A stretch of 64,000 nt of DNA, taken from the NCBI GenBank assembly GCA_965261395.1, contig OZ253462.1, positions 6,464,001 through 6,528,000 of the forward strand, given 5' to 3'. A model generated the notes under the pieces. The model did not search any database. It was not told the origin of the DNA and saw nothing but the letters and a program-made list of their open reading frames with translations. Below are positions 57,312-64,000 of this stretch, one piece after another. A program made the position numbers and the translations under genes. How positions within the stretch are numbered: position 1 is the first letter of the stretch; each line of letters begins with the position of its first letter. This DNA comes from Candidatus Latescibacterota bacterium (GTDB lineage: Bacteria > Latescibacterota > UBA2968 > UBA8231).

Positions 57312-60300
57312 TTATACAGTTGAAATAGGCGTCACGAAATCATCCCGCATCCGGAAAGCGGCAGACGAACCATTCTCGACGAGCAGGTCAAGTAGAGAGA
57401 GAATCGCCTCCCGTAGCTCACGCTGACGCTTTAGCTCCATAGGTCTCCCGTACACGTATCGCTGGAGAAGGACTTCGAGACGGAAGACAGTATCTCCTGT
57501 TCTCATCATCTGCTGAGGGTCTCCTTCTTGAAGTCGATTTGCGATGTGGATGAACGCATCGGGCAGCGACTGTTCGCCGATATCGTAGAGGAATCGAACG
57601 TAGGCGTCCAAGACCGCCGAAGAAGGCGGCAAATCTTCAAACAGCGCATGGACATGGTTGGAGTTGCCATCCAGACTCGACCAGTGGCGAATTTTCTTCT
57701 TCGGCAAATTTCCGAGGAAAATTGCCGACACCATTTCTGTTCCGTTTGTGTGCCTATCGTCAATCTGTGCAAGCCATTGGGCACATCGGACTTTATCCGC
57801 AAACAGCTTCCAAAGCGACCAGAATTGCGCGGTGTTTGGTTCGCAATTCTCGAAGTCGATTAACTCGCGGAGAATCCCGTGAACTTCTCTTGGGTGACCA
57901 TCTATGGCGTCCAGAATGGGCTGGAGAATCGAGGTCGCGACTTCCGATGAGGTTCGGAGAAGAAAGTCCGACAGGAGCCCCAATGGAGTACGCTCTGTCC
58001 TATCAGCGTCCCACCACCCGACGAGCGTGTGTGCAAGTCGCTCAAACGCCTCAATTGCCACAGGCTCGGTCGGTGCTCGGCCCAAGATTGCTATGATCTG
58101 CCTGTTGGCCTCTGCGCCAACCTCCCGAGTTGAGTCGAATTTCCGGTGTGCATCGTCAGAAATCCCATCTTCTTTATCAAAACGCTCTCTGACGACAGGT
58201 GCAAACTCGGCCTTAATGTCGTCAATTGGCCGTCCATGTGAGAACTCATCTGGACGAGGGCGTTTTGAGTCGGCGTCGGCTTCGTCTTGCACCAGCATAG
58301 CCTCTGTTGCGAGGGCATTTACACAACGTATAGCCAACTCCCGATCTATTGCCCACAAGTATCTGCCAATGCCCGATGCTGCATACCAGCGAACCTCATC
58401 GATCGCGTGTGTCAAGGCGAGCACGAGCACCTGACGGACACAGGGCCGCTGGGCCTCAGATAGCGACTTCCCCAAAAGAAGGGGCATCACATAAGCGCAT
58501 TGCCGATCGACAGACATACTGTCCTCTTGAATACGCGCAGACTCGTTCCAGTGATCGCCTTTACGCTCCACCTCCGAGCAGATGATGTCCACACACCACT
58601 CTCTCTCGTCGTCCGACATCTCCTCCCAGTGATCGCGAATGCAGACAGCAGAGACAATTCCAGGCCCTCCTCGGTACAAATCGTCCTCCTCGTCGCTATC
58701 CTCGCCAACTGCTTGAGCTTCCTGTAGTATCTGTCGCCATTGAGCAGGATCGTATATAGTACTTGTCTTCTGATCGAAAACACTACGTCCCCACCCCGAA
58801 AGCCCTACTCTGGCATTTATGGCTTGCAACCATGAGTCATTTTGCTCCACCATCTCCTTGACATCAGGTTCTGGTTCGTTGGGGTCAAGGCGAATGTACT
58901 TTCTGCTATCTTCAGAGGAGACGTGGTCTTCAGAATCTACAGGGGCTTCGGCTATGTGCTCTGAAACTGTGTACTGCCTCAAGTCCATACGCTGGAGCGC
59001 GAGCCGCCAGATTCGATCTCCCTCAGTCTGTTCCTCCAGCGGTGGCATCTCTGCACGGTGCTTATCAAGAACCTCATGTACCCGAGACGCAAACGGACCC
59101 AATTGGAGATTGAGGATTACACACTCAAGATCGCGCCTCCGATGGGGGTGGGCATCTGCTTTCTTCCGTTCCCCCTCGTAGATCTTATTGCGAGCGTCCA
59201 GTTGAGGCATAGACCACGAGGAAGGCCGTGATGCCTCACGGACAACTCGTTGGCGGTCGAGTTGGATACATGGCCGAGATCGGAGCAAGACCAAGAGGGC
59301 CTCGCCTGCCGCATATGGGAAGGCTGTTGCCGCACTTGCCACGACCGAGGTAAGAGCAGCAGAGTCGCTCCGTCGAAGAATGTCTAGAAGGACCTCATCT
59401 AATTCATGCGAATGCGCCTCTGCCAACTCCAGCAGCCAGTGTTCCAGTGCCATCAGGATAGATTTCAGGACATTAGGACCAACCGATGTTCCTCGGTACA
59501 GGTTCCAGAGCCGCCCATTACACCACTGTTTCCGCGATGTTCCATCCGTGAATGTCAGCGTTATATCGAAGTGGGGCTCGCCATACTCCGATTGCACTAT
59601 GCGTTGTGCATACCACTCCGCACTATGGTTGAATACTTCAATGATGAAGGCAAGCCCCTCACGGGGGTGATGGCGAAGGAGCGTGAGAAACGGACCGTGG
59701 TATGCACTCGCCGGTAAGAAGCCGTAGCTTATGGTAGGCTTGATGCCGAACAGAAGCTCCCGTCTTAGCGGCCTTCCATGCCTCCATTCTTGTTGAAGGT
59801 CGGCCTCTGAGCATAGCAGATAGTCTTTAGAAGCCGTCTGAAAACTAGGGTTTCGATCTCTGCTTTGACTCCAAGCCGCTGGGATCGAGGGCGTCTCGCC
59901 CTATGAAAAACGCTCGACGCCTAGATCGCTTGACCACCCGAAAAACAGCCCGACAGGGGGTTTTCAGACGGCTTCTTAGCAGCCGAGACGACCAGTTCAG
60001 GCATATCCCGAGCCGCAGGCGCACCATCCATACCTTCAAAAATGATCTTTCGGAATTCCTCTGTAGTGCGGTCTCGCTTCTCGGTCTCTTGGTTCCCGCT
60101 CAGAAGGGCGACGAACCGGTCGTGATCAGCGTCTGGAATTTTTGCAATTACTTGGAGGATTCGTTTCTGCTGGTCTCCTGATCTGTAGCCATCGAAGCTC
60201 GGAAGGAGCCAGTGTGCGATCACCGCAACAGCTTCGGCTCCGGCCGGATACGGATTTTGTAAACTGACACCCCGAGCCCAATCCTCAATAAGCCCTAGGA

Positions 60301-62560
60301 GAAGGGGCCTGTCTTCTCGGGTAAATGACGTGAGACTACCTTGTACCAACCGCAGGACGCTCGCCCAAGCTATTCCGTCCGGTACGTTGAGCAGAGATGG
60401 ACCGGCTACGGAAGTTTTCAACCACTCAGGCGTAGTCACACATGCGACTCGCAGTATATGAATCACTTGACGGAAAAGCTGATTATCGTTCGCCAGAAGT
60501 TCCTCACGATGCCTCTCCAGAAACGCCGCCGAGGATGATGAATGTAGGAGCGAGACGAGCGTGTCATCACGAAACTGAGCAGAAATTTTGCCCTCACGAA
60601 CAGCATCTTGGAACAGCCCATCCGCAGCCTCAGGGTTCGACTCTACGAGTTCAGATACCCATTTGCGGTACGTACGGCGTACGGCAGGATGCGTCCCAAT
60701 CGCAGTGGATAGCTCTTGGACCGACTCCTCGTGAATCACATACTGTTCTTGTATCCAATGCAAGATCGCCCAGTCTTCGAGGACATCGTGAGCCGGTGCT
60801 ACAAGCCTATCGCTTTGTTGGGAAGACACTATGAGAGAGTCGTGTCGGAGGCCATCAACGGCTTCCGAATCGAAATCGCCACAATCAGCGTATGGAGTGA
60901 GCTTCCGTGCCCGTCGCAATGCAATCTGCACAAACGCGGCATCCCGCCGACGCGGCATCCCGCCAACAGAGTGATGATCGGCTCGAACAATATCTCGCCA
61001 GAAGAGAGTCCTGAACTCTCGCTCGCTCTGAGGCAACGACCGCTCCTTTGACCACTGGACCTGCAGAGCCTTGTCGAGGAAATAGGGATTGCTCAGAACC
61101 CGGCGAAGCGCTGCATTCGCTAGCGGTCGGGACAATGGCGGGTGGGCCACTTTGACCTTCTCCAACTCCTCATCGTCCAGTAGCGGAACCGTAACGACGG
61201 CATGAATGACGTTCGCAGACCCCAAGAAGGCAGACCGGACGCGGTTGGCTGAGTAGTCGCGGCAGGTCAGCACTAGGCACCAACTCTTGTCTTTAGCCAC
61301 GAGTGTCAGGAGGTCGGTAAAAGCATCGCGAGTAGATTTTTCTAAGAGCCTTTCGACGCTCTCGACCAACATAACCTTTCGATTTTGGCCTGCTAGGATG
61401 GCCCCTAGCATCGCTGCGTTTGCCGGGATCTGGAGACTCTGAAGTGTCGCATCGAGGTGAGGATGAGCGAACTCCTCCGCACGGAAGCTGAATGCGAAAT
61501 GGTCAGCTTCGAGAATGCTGATGAGATCCTTAGCAATGACGGACTTTCCGCTACCCGCAGCTCCTGAAATCAGGACAACTTGGCTGGATTCCAGATGTTC
61601 AAAGACCTGCTGCACCAAACCGCCGCGCTCCAAGTGGAGACTGCCGATCTTCGAGTGAATTCCTTCCAATATGAGCGCAGAGTGGTCATGCAACACCCGC
61701 AAGGCCTGCTGTTCGGTGTTCCCGAGCGGGGTATGACGTTGTTGCAACTCCTCGGGTAAATCACCGTACCGATAGCAGCGCGCCTCCGGCATCCCTTCTC
61801 CAACTTCGCGAAGCAAAGCGTTCCAAGAGGCTTCCGCTGCACCAACCTTATCCTGTTCGTTCGTCGTCGTGTGGGCGAGAAGGCTCTTAATCATCGCTTC
61901 CATCTGCCCGGTCGCACTGTTCAAGTCCAAGCTCAATACGTGCAATACACGGAGGAACGACCAGACTTCAGCCACGGAAATATCTCTATCTTCGATTTCT
62001 CCGATTATCTTCCGGATTTTGTCGCAGTCCTGAACAGCCTTGGCGTTAATGAATCCATCAATAGAAAGCCGACGATCAAACTCATCTCCATCGCGAGAGG
62101 CGCGGGCGCAGTCCAACAGCCCCGAGAAGTGTCCAAGAAGGGTTTTCGTCCCTTGCAGGGTAACGAGAGCGAAGCGATCTGAAGTCTGCGAGAATTGCTT
62201 TGGATTCTTGAAGTCCTTCCAGAAATCCTGCACCGTCTTCTTGCACTCGTCATCACTCGCACTAACAGTGAAGTTCCGCTTCACTTGGCCAGCTAGCTTC
62301 CGGTACTGGTCAGAGCCGTTTTGGCCGACGACTAGGAAATCGTCCGTATGCCAGCCAAGATGTTCCGTTTGAAGGCAAACCTCATCCACGATACAGTCGT
62401 GTAGGATCGGCGGGATACCCCGCACCAGAAGCAGAGCAAGCCAGTAAGCATCGACATGCTGCTCGAAGAACGTGCCCGCTCCACCAGTAGCAGCAGGACT
62501 TGGGACTCGGTCGCCGGTTTCCACAGGTCCAATTTCCAAAGAATCGTTCTCTGTCATCAT
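57312..62560 (-). pseudogene. AVAST/Avs-like nuclease-STAND ATPase, split by a MITE into ORFs 59921..62560 and 57312..59597
   Basis: N-terminal TDD...QVK nuclease-like motif, Walker A GAAGSGKS, helical C-terminus; removing the MITE restores one 1699-aa frame. Confidence 0.75.
59830..59975. mobile_element. MITE (146 bp), probably IS5-family derived
   Basis: perfect 16-bp TIRs GAAGCCGTCTGAAAAC / GTTTTCAGACGGCTTC; TTA duplicated at 59827-59829 and 59976-59978. Confidence 0.9.
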
Positions 62561-62671
62561 CTCGATCTGATCAATAGCGGTTTTATCGGTGTTGGAAAGG
62601 CCGCCTGCGAGCAGACCTTACGCGAAAGCCTCTCCACAGACTTTGAAAACTTTCCCCATAGGGTTCGGCTC

Positions 62672-63253
62672 TTAGAAATCAAACGAGAAGGTGATTCCGT
62701 TTTTCTTTTTTTCGTAAATCACCAATTCCCCTTGGAGCTCCTCACCAAGCATGTCCTTGGTAGAGTAAGTCGATGGCTTGACTGAGACCGCTGTATCGCC
62801 GATGAAGCCGTCTATCCCTTGCGATTCCTCGGCCGGGGTTGATAGACGGTACGTAGCTCCTTTGTATTCCGCGATCTTGGACAGAATGGCCTCCTCAAAG
62901 CACAAGCCGACGAATGTCTTCGCCACGACGAGGTCCTCGACCCACTCGCGTACCATAGCTTTATCAATCTGCTGAATAGCTGACTGAAGTTTTTCTACCA
63001 TTGCATAGACCTTATCGGTCGCATCATCCAAGGCTCCCGGCTTTTTCCTTCGGTACCAAGCGTCCCATTCGCTAAAGGACTTTCCCCCGAATTCGGGGGA
63101 AAGCTCGGTCATCTGTCCAACGACCTTGGGCCTTGTACCCTGTGCATTCTGATTGGCGAGGTTCATGATCTGAGTGGTGTACTTGGGAAACTCAGGAGAC
63201 CTTCCCGACACTGCTGACGCAAGTTCTGCATTGCTGAGTTGGAATTTAGGCAT
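62672..63253 (-). CDS. MjaI-family type II restriction endonuclease
   Basis: FPKYTTQIMNLANQNAQGTRPKVVGQM, EESQGIDGFIG...VSVKP; ATG 63253 after GAGGAG. Confidence 0.8.
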   Translation of the reverse strand: MPKFQLSNAELASAVSGRSPEFPKYTTQIMNLANQNAQGTRPKVVGQMTELSPEFGGKSFSEWDAWYRRKKPGALDDATDKVYAMVEKLQSAIQQIDKAMVREWVEDLVVAKTFVGLCFEEAILSKIAEYKGATYRLSTPAEESQGIDGFIGDTAVSVKPSTYSTKDMLGEELQGELVIYEKKKNGITFSFDF

Positions 63254-63301
63254 TGTGTCGCTCCTCAAAGTTTTTAACTCGCTCTATATGCTTGATGCAG
63301 G

Positions 63302-64000
63302 CTAGCTGTCCTCGGCAAAGTAATTTTCGTCCAGTTTTTTCACGTCGTATATGATTTCGGAGACCACTCCGACGCCGTGATTTATCATCAGACGGGCAAG
63401 TTCTTCACCGTCTATTAGCCGGATAAACTTATTGCCCGCCGAGATAAAACGCGCTGTTTCACGCGCCCTTGGACCGAAGAACGAAGACGTGATAAACACG
63501 CCCTTATTTGCCCCTTTCGCTTCAAGGCTGCCGGAGAAGTTGCGGATTTCAGGTTCTCCAACTTGGCTTTCCCAGCGTTTTGCTTGGATGTACACCTTCT
63601 CAAGCCCCAAGGCATCCTGATTTATGATGCCGTCTATTCCGCCGTCGCCGCTTCGTCCAACCGCCTCACCTTGGCCATAGCCCATTTTCTCAAGCAAACT
63701 GACTACCAACCGTTCAAAACTGTCGGGCGACACCCTTTTCACCCTCTCCAATAGCTCTTCGGCAAGTCTATCACTTAACTCCCGATAAAGCGCCGCAATT
63801 TGTTCATCGGGAGTACTATCCTCAGAGTCAGTGCCAACCCCATCGTTAGCAGCGGTGTCCGGTGAGTCAGCATCACCTCCGCCCAGTCGCACTGCATCTA
63901 GGGCGTTCCATCGCAATGAAAGAAGATCATCCGCGCCCGTTGCGAGTAGTTCTTTCCCCTGTGGGGTAATTTGGAAGTGCGCACGCGAAGGAGACTGCAA
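63302..64000 (-). CDS. mrr: Mrr-family restriction endonuclease (5' end outside the window)
   Basis: FERLVV.LL..MGYG, GDGGIDG.I.QD.LGL..VYIQAKRW, KGVFITSS, LIDG. Confidence 0.9.
   Translation of the reverse strand: MQSPSRAHFQITPQGKELLATGADDLLSLRWNALDAVRLGGGDADSPDTAANDGVGTDSEDSTPDEQIAALYRELSDRLAEELLERVKRVSPDSFERLVVSLLEKMGYGQGEAVGRSGDGGIDGIINQDALGLEKVYIQAKRWESQVGEPEIRNFSGSLEAKGANKGVFITSSFFGPRARETARFISAGNKFIRLIDGEELARLMINHGVGVVSEIIYDVKKLDENYFAEDS

Noticed and set aside
59833-59972. Inverted pair of Neisseria DNA uptake sequences (GCCGTCTGAA)
   Set aside because: Both lie inside the MITE TIRs and I did not notice the 10-mer elsewhere in the window; treated as coincidence

Overview
GC-rich bacterial DNA. 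The gene families (DUF6785-type membrane proteins, FlgD-Ig-tailed secreted proteins, CRTAC1/ASPIC-UnbV proteins, a C-terminal TWGxIK motif) resemble Latescibacterota/Poribacteria-like genomes; that taxonomy is inference. Bases 1-28.9 kb hold a large divergent cell-envelope/uptake locus, followed by gltX and a DEAD-box helicase. Bases 31.9-43.4 kb (minus strand) hold the main discovery, a visibly AT-richer thiazole-type RiPP (TOMM/LAP) cluster. It has two tandem precursor genes, each with eight consecutive Cys; one is missing from the ORF track. Each precursor is preceded by a tiny Cys-rich upstream ORF. Downstream are a ThiF-like partner, two SagB-like proteins, an ABC permease, an azoline-type YcaO, a CPBP protease, an ABC-ATPase/TPR fusion, a TonB-dependent receptor and a secreted TPR protein. 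Bases 43.8-56.1 kb are housekeeping genes (parE/parC, rpe, M3 peptidase, sigma factor, arfB, rpsR, an orphan BMC shell gene). Bases 56.1-64 kb are a defence island: Mrr, an MjaI-like endonuclease, a ~1699-aa AVAST-like STAND ATPase broken by a 146-bp MITE, and a DNA methyltransferase. A second, related MITE lies at 3914-4019. All calls come from reading the sequence; no database searches were run.
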